The notes beneath the pieces are model-generated. The model was given only the letters and a program-made list of their open reading frames with translations, was not told the DNA's origin and searched no databases. Positions 1-7,898 of a stretch of 32,650 bases of DNA are shown piece after piece. Location: NCBI GenBank assembly GCA_964473235.1, contig CAYYOQ010000002.1, forward strand, positions 1-32,650, written 5' to 3'. The position numbers and the translations under genes are program-made. Source of the DNA: an uncultured Thermodesulfobacteriota bacterium (lineage in GTDB: Bacteria > Desulfobacterota > WTBG01). Each line of letters begins with the position of its first letter. Positions within the stretch are counted from its first letter, which is position 1.

Positions 1-49
1 AAAAATTCTATCACATAAGAAAAGATTCCGTCAATCCCGGGAAGTATGA

Positions 50-1045
50 TCAATTGACCTTTAATTCCCAATAAGGAACAAGCTGGTCAAATTGGAATAA
101 TCCTTTCATAGCTATATTCTCAGTAGCGATGCCCGATTCTTCCACTGCTGCTAAGGGGTTTAATCCACCCGATACAATCATACCTGCCCTTCCTTCAGAT
201 ACGGGTATATCGAGGAGCGGACGACCCGGCTTACCGATCATGAGTATACCACCCAAGCCAATTTCATTTAATTTTTTTCTTATTTTTTCAACTTTTGTAA
301 TAGCTATAGAAGGAACTTCTCGAAAACTTGCTCCGATCTTACCATCGCCGGTTATAGTTGCGTGGCGAACACTCGTCATACCACCTTTGATAAAAATTTC
401 GAGAGGATCGATTGAAGAACCATCATAATTAATTATTTCGGTAAAGCGAAAAGGGCGACCTTTTATTAATTCCAAAAGACCTCCAAATCTTGAGGTGGTA
501 TGAATACCTTCTTTCAATAGTATCCCGTTTATAGTAACACTACATACTGTCCCAATGGCCACTCTATCACCTTCAATTGATACATTTCCCATCTTCGTCC
601 CCGGAAATCCTAACACTACAAATCTCCCCATTCCAAGACCTGCTCGAAGCACTAATTGAATTTGCTGAAGAGCCTTCGTAAGGTATTCCCTCTCTATGGC
701 AGATATATTAAGGATGACATCCCCTCTTAATTTTTTCAAAGAAAAACTCATTAGATATGTCAAGGTATCAATTTTAGATGCGACAAACCCTACCTTTTCA
801 ATGACGAATGAGGATTTAAGTTCCTCTTCACCTTTTAAAGTTATCTTTCTTCCTCTTTTTCCAAGATTCTGGGTCAGACCATCCTGATCCATTTTCTGAA
901 GATAATATCTAACAGTTCTTTGACTGAGATCAAATCCAAATTCCTCCAATCTCTTGGAAATTCTGGTACCACCTAAAGTCTTTTCTGCTTTATGTAAAAT
1001 ATTAAGAATAGATACCAAAATCTTTTTTTTAGAAAACTTATCCAC
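50..1045 (-). CDS. nrpR: NrpR-type nitrogen regulatory repressor (winged HTH plus a single NrpR/DUF128 domain)
   Basis: 331 aa ORF with a GTG start at 1045 and GGAGGG 7 nt upstream on the minus strand. The N-terminal HTH-like segment is RISKRLEEFGFDLSQRTVRYYLQKMDQDGL. It is followed by one ~230 aa domain resembling methanogen NrpR (SRFGGLLEL, IDPLEIFIKGGMTS). The gene is divergent from nitrogen-assimilation genes. Confidence 0.8.
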   Translation of the reverse strand: MDKFSKKKILVSILNILHKAEKTLGGTRISKRLEEFGFDLSQRTVRYYLQKMDQDGLTQNLGKRGRKITLKGEEELKSSFVIEKVGFVASKIDTLTYLMSFSLKKLRGDVILNISAIEREYLTKALQQIQLVLRAGLGMGRFVVLGFPGTKMGNVSIEGDRVAIGTVCSVTINGILLKEGIHTTSRFGGLLELIKGRPFRFTEIINYDGSSIDPLEIFIKGGMTSVRHATITGDGKIGASFREVPSIAITKVEKIRKKLNEIGLGGILMIGKPGRPLLDIPVSEGRAGMIVSGGLNPLAAVEESGIATENIAMKGLFQFDQLVPYWELKVN

Positions 1046-1073
1046 AATTTTCCCTCCACAATTCTTGTTCCGT

Positions 1074-1101
1074 ATAATATCAGAAATTTATTATATGTCA
1101 A
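1074..1101 (-). promoter_or_regulatory. Candidate sigma70-type promoter for nrpR
   Basis: The minus strand reads TTGACA (plus 1096-1101), 16 nt spacer, TATTAT (plus 1074-1079). This lies ~25 nt upstream of the GTG start. Confidence 0.35.
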
Positions 1102-1120
1102 TTAAAATTCGGCAATATTG

Positions 1121-1132
1121 CCTTGTTTTTTC
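1121..1132. promoter_or_regulatory. Perfect 12 bp palindrome GGCAATATTGCC between the divergent promoters (candidate operator)
   Basis: Read directly from the sequence. It is the only GC-containing perfect palindrome in the AT-rich 236 bp nrpR/gltB-like intergenic region. Confidence 0.35.
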
Positions 1133-1184
1133 AAATTTGTTAAAAAATATTATATTGAAAATAAAAACACAACTATTTTATATA

Positions 1185-1213
1185 TTGACAAATAATTATT
1201 TTAATGCTAATAA
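1185..1213 (+). promoter_or_regulatory. Candidate sigma70-type promoter with extended -10 for the GltB-like gene
   Basis: TTGACA (1185-1190), 17 nt spacer, TAATAA (1208-1213), preceded by TGc (1205-1207). Confidence 0.4.
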
Positions 1214-1232
1214 TAGCCCGAATTGTTATATA

Positions 1233-1246
1233 GGAAAATACTTGCC
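1233..1246. promoter_or_regulatory. GGAA-N6-TGCC element, one mismatch from the methanogen NrpR operator GGAA-N6-TTCC
   Basis: GGAAAATACTTGCC lies ~20 nt downstream of the predicted -10 and 36 nt upstream of the ATG at 1282. Confidence 0.3.
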
Positions 1247-1281
1247 GTTAATAAAATTAATTTATTACGAGGAGTAACATC

Positions 1282-2913
1282 ATGAGTTTAAGTGTACCCA
1301 ATGCCAGTCCCGCAACATTAACAAAAAATCGAGTGAAGGCTTCACCAATATCAGGAATCTGTGTTACCTGTTTAGATGGGTGTCCTGGTCTTTGCGAAGT
1401 TGGCCGTTCAGCCCTTAGGGGAAGGGAAAATCTCTATCCAGAACCATTTGGAGAAGTAATCGCTGGCTCTGAAAAAGATTACCCAAACGATTTTTCACAT
1501 TTTAATATTCAGGGAACCTGCGTTGGAGCAGTGGGTATCGAAGCCAACTCTGACAAAGCTACCTTCCCAGCCGTTGATATTTCAACTCAGATTGGTGCCA
1601 AAGAAAAAATTAAACTCTGTTTCCCCGGGTTCACCGGTGCGGTAGGATCAACTGAAATCGGAAGAATTCACTGGGAATCAATAGCAATCGGCGCAGCCAT
1701 ATCAGGTATTATGGTAATAGCTGGTGAAAATATATGTGGTATGGATATGGCAGCAGAAATTAAAAAAGGCAAAATTGTCCGTTCTCCTGAGATGGAACGT
1801 CGGGTCAAGACATTTCAAAAATGGTATGAGGGATATGGTGGTATAGTAGTTCAAGCAAATGTGGAAGATACCCGCCTTGGGGTACCAGAATACGTGATTG
1901 AAAAGCTTGGCGTAGAAATCTTTGAGTTAAAATGGGGACAAGGTGCTAAAGACATTGGTGGTGAAGTAAAAATCCCTGATCTTAAAAAGGCGATTGAATT
2001 GAAAAAACGGGGCTACATCGTGCTTCCCGATCCAGAGGATCCAGTCATTCAGAAAGCCTTTGAGGATGAAGACTTTAAAGAGTTTGAGCGCCATTCCCGT
2101 TTAGGTATGGTAGAAGAAGAAAGTTTCTATAAGATGGTGGAATATTTACGAAAGCTCGGTGCCAAGTATGTCACTTTAAAAACAGGAGCCTATAGACCTG
2201 CCGATCTCGCCCGAGCAGTGAAATTCGCCTCGGAAGCTAAAATCGATTTATTGACTGTAGATGGTGCGGGCGGGGGAACTGGGATGAGTCCTTGGCGTAT
2301 GATGAATGAATGGGGCATCCCCACTGTTCAGCTCGAATGTCTCCTTTACAATTACCTCAAGCGACTTGAGGCAAAAGGAAAATTCATCCCCGACTGTGCC
2401 ATGGCAGGTGGTCTTTCCCTAGAAGACCACCTATTCAAAGCATTTGCCCTTGGGGCTCCCTATATTAAGGCGGTGTGTATGGGTCGTTCTCTCATGACTG
2501 CTGCCATGGTGGGCAATACCCAGGCTAATCTATTAAAAAAGAAGATGGAGAAAGATATTGAAAAAAATGGGACGGTCATGCACCACTTTGATGAGGAACT
2601 TAAAAAGAAAATTCCCATTGTTAAAAAAGGTGATTGGGTCAATATCGAGGATATCTTTATCACCACTCCTAAACTAAAAGAAAAATATGGTAAGGATTTT
2701 AAAAACATCCCCTACGGCGCTATCGGCCTCTATACCTACGTCGACCGCCTTACCCAAGGGCTACAACAACTCATGGCAGGTGCCCGTAAATTTGCGCTCA
2801 ACTACATCGACCGCAACGATATATGTGCACTAACCCGAGAGACAGCTGAAATGTCTGGTATTACCTATGTAATGGAGAGCGATCGAGAAGCAGTTGACAA
2901 AATACTAGGATGA
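1282..2913 (+). CDS. Stand-alone glutamate synthase-related FMN-domain protein (GltB domain 2 family) with an N-terminal Cys4 motif
   Basis: 543 aa with GAGGAG SD upstream. Motifs present are KWGQGAKDIGGE (QGAKxG), DGAGGGTGMSP (DGxxGGTG) and an N-terminal CVTCLDGCPGLC. No amidotransferase or GXGXG domain is present. Confidence 0.85.
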   Translation: MSLSVPNASPATLTKNRVKASPISGICVTCLDGCPGLCEVGRSALRGRENLYPEPFGEVIAGSEKDYPNDFSHFNIQGTCVGAVGIEANSDKATFPAVDISTQIGAKEKIKLCFPGFTGAVGSTEIGRIHWESIAIGAAISGIMVIAGENICGMDMAAEIKKGKIVRSPEMERRVKTFQKWYEGYGGIVVQANVEDTRLGVPEYVIEKLGVEIFELKWGQGAKDIGGEVKIPDLKKAIELKKRGYIVLPDPEDPVIQKAFEDEDFKEFERHSRLGMVEEESFYKMVEYLRKLGAKYVTLKTGAYRPADLARAVKFASEAKIDLLTVDGAGGGTGMSPWRMMNEWGIPTVQLECLLYNYLKRLEAKGKFIPDCAMAGGLSLEDHLFKAFALGAPYIKAVCMGRSLMTAAMVGNTQANLLKKKMEKDIEKNGTVMHHFDEELKKKIPIVKKGDWVNIEDIFITTPKLKEKYGKDFKNIPYGAIGLYTYVDRLTQGLQQLMAGARKFALNYIDRNDICALTRETAEMSGITYVMESDREAVDKILG

Positions 2914-3058
2914 TTGCTATACACACAACCCCGGTAGCATGGCATGAGACCATTTCAATTAGGTAGTCCCTTAAAAAAATTAACTACCACATGGTATTCA
3001 AAGAGTCAGCTTACTAATAACACAAAACGTATAGCGTAGTAAGAAGGAGGTATTGTCT

Positions 3059-4306
3059 ATGTCAAAAGTTAATCCATTCGCAATGGCTCAGCAACAATTA
3101 GACATCGCCGCAGAAAAACTAGGTTTAGAACCAGCTATTCATGAATTCCTGCGGTGGCCCATGAAGGAAATAAAAGTAATCCTTCCCTTAAAAATGGATG
3201 ATGGATCGACCAGAATATTTCATGGCTACCGGGTTCAGTATAATACCGCTCGCGGGCCTGCGAAGGGAGGGCTGCGCTGGCATCCAGATGAAACCTTAGA
3301 TACGGTTCGTGCCCTGTCTGCCTGGATGACCTGGAAGACATCGGTAGTCGATCTCCCTTTGGGTGGAGGAAAAGGAGGGGTTACCTGTAATCCCAAAGAG
3401 CTTTCCGACAATGAGAAAGAACGACTTGCGAGAGCATATATGCGTGCGATCTGGCAAAACCTTGGTGTGAACAAGGATGTACCTGCTCCCGATGTATACA
3501 CTACTCCACAAATCATGGCATGGATGATGGATGAATATGAAACCCTGGTAGGGCACCATCATCCTGGCGTTATTACCGGTAAACCTTTAGCCATTGGAGG
3601 TTCTGCTGGGCGCACAGATGCGACGTCCCGTGGAGGTGCCTATGTCATCCGGGAAGCAGCACTTAGATTGAACCTGGATCTTCATGGTAAAACCATGGCT
3701 ATCCAAGGTTTTGGAAACGCAGGTCAATATGCAGCACTTCTCGGCAGCAAAATACTTGGTCTCAAACTGGTCGCTGCCTCTGACTCCAAAGGAGGTGTCT
3801 ATAACGAAAAAGGAATAGATCCGGAAGCGCTCGTAAACTATAAGTTGAAAACCGATACGCTCCAAGGATTCCCTAATACTGAACCCATTAGTAATGATGA
3901 ACTCCTTCAGCTGGAGGTTATGGTACTATTTCCTTCCGCGTTGGAACAGGTCATTACCGAACGAAATGCAGATGAGATTAAATGTAAAATCTTATGTGAG
4001 CTTGCGAATGGTCCCACCACACCTGAAGCAGACAATATCCTTTACCAGAATAATGTCTTTGTTCTTCCCGATTTCCTAGCGAATGCCGGTGGGGTCACGG
4101 TTTCTTACTTTGAGCAGGTGCAAAACACTTATAATTACTACTGGGAACTCGATGAGATTCACCAAAAACTTGATGTGAAAATGACCCATGCCTTTCAAAG
4201 CGTCTATGACATGAGCCAGCGTGAAAAGATTAATATGCGTCAGGCTGCGTACTTAGTGTCTGTAGCAAGGGTGGCTGAAGCGTGCCGACTACGCGGGTGG
4301 GTATAG
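3059..4306 (+). CDS. gdhA: Glutamate dehydrogenase
   Basis: Motifs: PAKGGLRWHP, LPLGGGKGG (catalytic Lys region) and the dinucleotide fold GFGNAG. The ATG at 3059 has AGGAGG 8 nt upstream. The ORF track extends to a TTG at 3053. Confidence 0.95.
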   Translation: MSKVNPFAMAQQQLDIAAEKLGLEPAIHEFLRWPMKEIKVILPLKMDDGSTRIFHGYRVQYNTARGPAKGGLRWHPDETLDTVRALSAWMTWKTSVVDLPLGGGKGGVTCNPKELSDNEKERLARAYMRAIWQNLGVNKDVPAPDVYTTPQIMAWMMDEYETLVGHHHPGVITGKPLAIGGSAGRTDATSRGGAYVIREAALRLNLDLHGKTMAIQGFGNAGQYAALLGSKILGLKLVAASDSKGGVYNEKGIDPEALVNYKLKTDTLQGFPNTEPISNDELLQLEVMVLFPSALEQVITERNADEIKCKILCELANGPTTPEADNILYQNNVFVLPDFLANAGGVTVSYFEQVQNTYNYYWELDEIHQKLDVKMTHAFQSVYDMSQREKINMRQAAYLVSVARVAEACRLRGWV

Positions 4307-4351
4307 TTTAACCCGCTATTTTTGAAGTATCAGAAAACATTCAACGCATAT

Positions 4352-4386
4352 AAAAAGGTCAAGGCTAAAAAACGCTTGACCTTTTT
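4352..4386 (+). terminator. Rho-independent terminator after gdhA (A-tract/T-tract flanked, potentially bidirectional)
   Basis: AAAAAGGTCAAG-loop-CTTGACCTTTTT. The 7 bp GGTCAAG/CTTGACC stem has an 11 nt loop and a T5 tail, 46 nt after the stop codon. Confidence 0.75.
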
Positions 4387-4552
4387 ATATACCTCTCATG
4401 TACCAAACTATTAACACGATGTTTCATCACTGCACCATACTATCCTAGTAACATTGCGAAAATGCATTCTCTCGCTTTTCTACTACCATGCTACTCTGCC
4501 CAATAAGTTTACAAAAATTTTACAATGTGGAAATTATCCTGAAACACTGATA

Positions 4553-4568
4553 TTGTATATTTATACAA
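4553..4568. promoter_or_regulatory. Inverted repeat TTGTATA-TT-TATACAA upstream of glnA (candidate operator)
   Basis: Perfect 7 bp arms centred ~61 nt upstream of the glnA ATG. It is preceded by two TTTACAA direct repeats (4508-4514 and 4519-4525) spaced 11 nt apart. Confidence 0.35.
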
Positions 4569-4621
4569 AATAGTTGAACTAATGAATCACAATTTTAGCT
4601 ACCTTCAAAGGAGGATTAACC

Positions 4622-5953
4622 ATGGAAACGAAAGATAAAGATTATGTACTAAAAATGGTGAAAGAACGAAATGTGAGATTTATCAGATTGTGGTTTACTG
4701 ACATCCTGGGGTTTCTCAAAAGTTTCGCCATAACCCCCGAAGAACTGGAAGGAGCCCTCAACGAAGGTATGGGTTTCGATGGATCTTCCATTCAGGGATT
4801 CGCACGAATTGACGAGAGCGATATGGTTGCGGTGCCTGACCCAAATACGTTTGCGATAATCCCCTGGAGACCAAAGGAAACACCTGTTGCTCGCATGTTT
4901 TGTGACGTCATCGAGCCTGACGGCACACCTTATAAAGGTGACCCTCGATGGGTTTTAAAACGAAACCTCAAGAAGGCATCTGACATGGGCTTTACCTATT
5001 ACGTGGGACCTGAATTAGAATTCTTTTACTTTAAAAGTAGTGATGGGAAGCCAGAAGTCTTGGATAAAGGCGGATACTTTGATCTCACGCCGCTCGATGC
5101 GGCAAGTGATCTTCGCCGAGAAACGGTAGTCACCTTAGAGGAAATGGGGATCGGGGTTGAATATAGCCATCATGAAGTAGCACCCAGCCAACATGAAATC
5201 GATCTCCGCTACACCGATGCCCTCACTATGGCTGATAATGCGATGACCTATCGACTGGTAGTCAAAGAGATTGCCTTAAAACATGGTGTGTATGCGACCT
5301 TTATGCCCAAACCCATCTATGGTGAAAACGGCAGTGGCATGCACACCCACCAGTCGCTCTTCAAGGGCAACAAGAATGCCTTCTTTGATCCTAAAGATAA
5401 GTACCACCTCTCCAAAGTAGGTAAGGCATACCTTGCTGGATTACTCTCCCATGCCCGTGAAATCACCCTTATCACCAGTCAGTGGGTTAACTCTTATAAG
5501 CGACTGGTACCCGGCTATGAAGCACCTGTGTACATCTCTTGGGCACAGAGAAACCGCTCGGACCTCATTCGCATACCGCTCTATAAACCAGGTAAAGAAA
5601 AGGCAATGAGGCTTGAGTATCGTTCTCCTGACCCAGCGTGTAATCCCTACTTAGCATTTGCTGCCATGCTCGCCGCGGGCCTAGATGGTATCAAAAAGAA
5701 ATTAACACCACCCTCTCCTGTAGAGGAGAATGTCTATAAAATGACTCCAGAGAAAAGGAAGAAATTAAATATTGATCAACTCCCTGAAGACCTGTGGGAG
5801 GCAATATCAATTGCAGAAAGCAGTACGCTGGTAAAAGAGTGCCTGGGTGACCATGTATTTGAAAATTTTATCACTAATAAGAAAATAGAATGGGAAAAGT
5901 ATCGAGCCCAGGTCACTGATTATGAGCTCGATCGATACTTATCAATTCTATAG
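4622..5953 (+). CDS. glnA: Glutamine synthetase type I (short, alpha-like form; no obvious adenylylation motif)
   Basis: 443 aa with AAGGAGG SD upstream. Motifs: FDGSSI, GPELEFF, NGSGMHTHQS, SYKRLVPGYEAP. Confidence 0.97.
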   Translation: METKDKDYVLKMVKERNVRFIRLWFTDILGFLKSFAITPEELEGALNEGMGFDGSSIQGFARIDESDMVAVPDPNTFAIIPWRPKETPVARMFCDVIEPDGTPYKGDPRWVLKRNLKKASDMGFTYYVGPELEFFYFKSSDGKPEVLDKGGYFDLTPLDAASDLRRETVVTLEEMGIGVEYSHHEVAPSQHEIDLRYTDALTMADNAMTYRLVVKEIALKHGVYATFMPKPIYGENGSGMHTHQSLFKGNKNAFFDPKDKYHLSKVGKAYLAGLLSHAREITLITSQWVNSYKRLVPGYEAPVYISWAQRNRSDLIRIPLYKPGKEKAMRLEYRSPDPACNPYLAFAAMLAAGLDGIKKKLTPPSPVEENVYKMTPEKRKKLNIDQLPEDLWEAISIAESSTLVKECLGDHVFENFITNKKIEWEKYRAQVTDYELDRYLSIL

Positions 5954-6026
5954 CGTATTAATAGGTTCACCAATAGTTCATCCGGGACGTCATGAGAACA
6001 AGGGGTAAGTAGAGGGTGACCACAAA

Positions 6027-6485
6027 GTGACTGCATACCACTATCAACCACGTATCGTATCTTTCTGCTGCCATAATTGTATTGCTTACGCAGAAGATAC
6101 GCTCAGTGTTGCCAGAGAAAATGACGCACTCTCCCTACACCTTGTCAAAATGCCCTGCACTGGAAAGGTAGAAATACTCCACCTTCTCAAAGCTGTTGAG
6201 GAGGGGGCTGATGGGGTGATGGTAGTAGGATGTCTGGAAGGTGAATGTCACTACTTAGAAGGTAATATTCGTACTAAAAGAAGAGTGGCATTTGCCGGTC
6301 AAATGTTACAAGAGATTGGATTCGAAGGTAAAAGAGTCCAGATGTATACTATTGATCCTCTAAAGACTGATCAGTTGCGGGAGATAATTAAAGAGATGAT
6401 GATGATAGTCAATAAATTAGGACCTTCTCCTTTTAACAAAACTAAAGGCTCACCATCTCAAGAAGAGAACGCATACGAGACATGA
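6027..6485 (+). CDS. MvhD/FlpD-like iron-sulfur protein (methyl-viologen-reducing hydrogenase delta subunit family)
   Basis: 152 aa with a GTG start. IVSFCCHNC...VKMPCTGKV...EGADGVMVVGCLEGECHY resembles the MvhD cysteine pattern and spacing. The stop lies 3 nt before the next gene. Confidence 0.8.
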   Translation: MTAYHYQPRIVSFCCHNCIAYAEDTLSVARENDALSLHLVKMPCTGKVEILHLLKAVEEGADGVMVVGCLEGECHYLEGNIRTKRRVAFAGQMLQEIGFEGKRVQMYTIDPLKTDQLREIIKEMMMIVNKLGPSPFNKTKGSPSQEENAYET

Positions 6486-6488
6486 ATA

Positions 6489-7889
6489 ATGCCCAAGAAA
6501 TACACCATTAAAACCAAAACAACTCCTCCCCGGTTTACTCCCATGGGTAAGTCTGGCATTGTAGATTTCAGCGAAGACTGTGCACGTTGTCAGACATGTG
6601 CTAAGGATGCCTGTATCTTCAATGTCTATACCAACAGAAATTTCGATTCAACCCAGCTCGCCGATTCCATTGACTATCTCTGTAAAAATTGCTTTCGCTG
6701 CATCCAGAGCTGCAAAAAGGGACTTATTTCCAAATCCATAAACCCTGAATACCTGAGGATGGGAGATCACTACTGGACCCCCGACATCATTTCTTGTAAC
6801 TGGTATCAGGCCGAAACAGGGAAAATACCCGTATCAGGTGCCGGCTATCGAGGTAAGTTTGCCGGTAAGGGGTTTGATGATATGTGGACCGATATGTCTG
6901 AGATTGTACGGCCTACTCGAGATGGAATTCACGGAAGAGAATACATCAGCACCACAATCGACTTAGGCAAGAAACCACCTCTGCTTAAATTTGATGAAAA
7001 AGGTGCACTCATTTCAGAGACCCTTCCGCTTATTGAAATCCCTCTCCCCATGATCTTTAATGTGTCACCGTTTGGAGAAGTAAGTGAAAAGGTAGTGATC
7101 GCAATGGCAAAAGCAGCACAAGCACTCACTACTTTGATGTTCATCCCCGAAGAAAACCTGATACCATCACTGACACCGTATCTGAACTGGCTCGTTCCTC
7201 AGATTGCAGCAAAGGGTGAAAGACTTCCTGGGGAAATCATCAAAGGCTGCAGGATGGTTGAACTACTCTATACAAGCGAATGGGAAAAGACCTGGCTCTC
7301 CATCAAAGAAATAAATCCCCAGGTGCTCATTTCGCTCAAAATACCTTTTAATTACCATGCAACAGAACTTACTGCAGCACTTGCGTTACAAGGAGTTGAA
7401 ATCATTCACCTCTATGCTGACCTGCAAGGCAATTCCATTGACGATGTCCATCCCCGGTTTATAAAAGACTTGACCAGAGATATCCACCTGCGTCTGGTGG
7501 ATGAATCACTACGAGATAAGGTAACCCTTCTGGTGAGCGGTGGCATTGCCATGGCTGAGCATGTGGCGAAGGCGATTATCTGTGGGGCAGATGGAGTCAT
7601 ACTCGATCTCCCTCTTTTGATTGCGCTTGAGTGCCGACTGTGTAAAAAGTGCCTAAGGGGTCTTCCTTGTCCAGTTAAAATAGGAAACATCAATATTGGT
7701 TGGGCAACACAACGCATTATGAACTTAATGGCTGCCTGGCGCAGTCAACTGCTTGAAGTACTTGGAGCAATGGGTTTGCGTGAGGTGAGAAGGTTGCGAG
7801 GTGAAATGGGGAGAGCCATGCTTTTTAAAGACCTCGAGCAAGAAATCTTTGCCCCGCTGTTTGGTCAAAGGATACAAGAGTTACACTAG
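6489..7889 (+). CDS. Ferredoxin-domain plus degenerate GltB FMN-domain paralog (putative non-catalytic glutamate synthase subunit)
   Basis: 466 aa and clearly paralogous to the next gene (GDHYWTPDIISCNWYQAETGKIP vs GDYRWTADLIISTWQQAETGKLP). It keeps two N-terminal CxxCxxCxxx(x)C motifs and the C-terminal ECRLCKKCLRGLPC cluster. It lacks the GGMSFGS, QGAKPG and DGxxGGTG motifs. Confidence 0.8.
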   Translation: MPKKYTIKTKTTPPRFTPMGKSGIVDFSEDCARCQTCAKDACIFNVYTNRNFDSTQLADSIDYLCKNCFRCIQSCKKGLISKSINPEYLRMGDHYWTPDIISCNWYQAETGKIPVSGAGYRGKFAGKGFDDMWTDMSEIVRPTRDGIHGREYISTTIDLGKKPPLLKFDEKGALISETLPLIEIPLPMIFNVSPFGEVSEKVVIAMAKAAQALTTLMFIPEENLIPSLTPYLNWLVPQIAAKGERLPGEIIKGCRMVELLYTSEWEKTWLSIKEINPQVLISLKIPFNYHATELTAALALQGVEIIHLYADLQGNSIDDVHPRFIKDLTRDIHLRLVDESLRDKVTLLVSGGIAMAEHVAKAIICGADGVILDLPLLIALECRLCKKCLRGLPCPVKIGNINIGWATQRIMNLMAAWRSQLLEVLGAMGLREVRRLRGEMGRAMLFKDLEQEIFAPLFGQRIQELH

Positions 7890-7898
7890 CACTATTCT

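Noticed and set aside
1119-1134. Reading GGCAATATTGCC as a sigma54 -24/-12 promoter (GG-N10-GC).
   Set aside because: The GG to GC offset is 9 nt rather than 12, and there is no TGGCAC/TTGCW context.
4553-4568. Interpreting TTGT-N8-ACAA (and the 30590-30605 palindrome) as LexA/SOS boxes.
   Set aside because: It only superficially resembles the gammaproteobacterial CTGT-N8-ACAG. The genes concerned (glnA, mutS) are not typical SOS targets. The second palindrome has the inverse half-site arrangement, and no lexA or recA is in the window to anchor the motif.
4387-4621. Search for a glutamine (glnA-motif) riboswitch upstream of glnA. I also looked for ZTP/THF/glycine riboswitch-like elements upstream of glyA (12788-12923) and a purine riboswitch upstream of purF (18910-19019).
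   Set aside because: None of the conserved core sequences I know for these RNAs is present. Only short, weak hairpins could be drawn.
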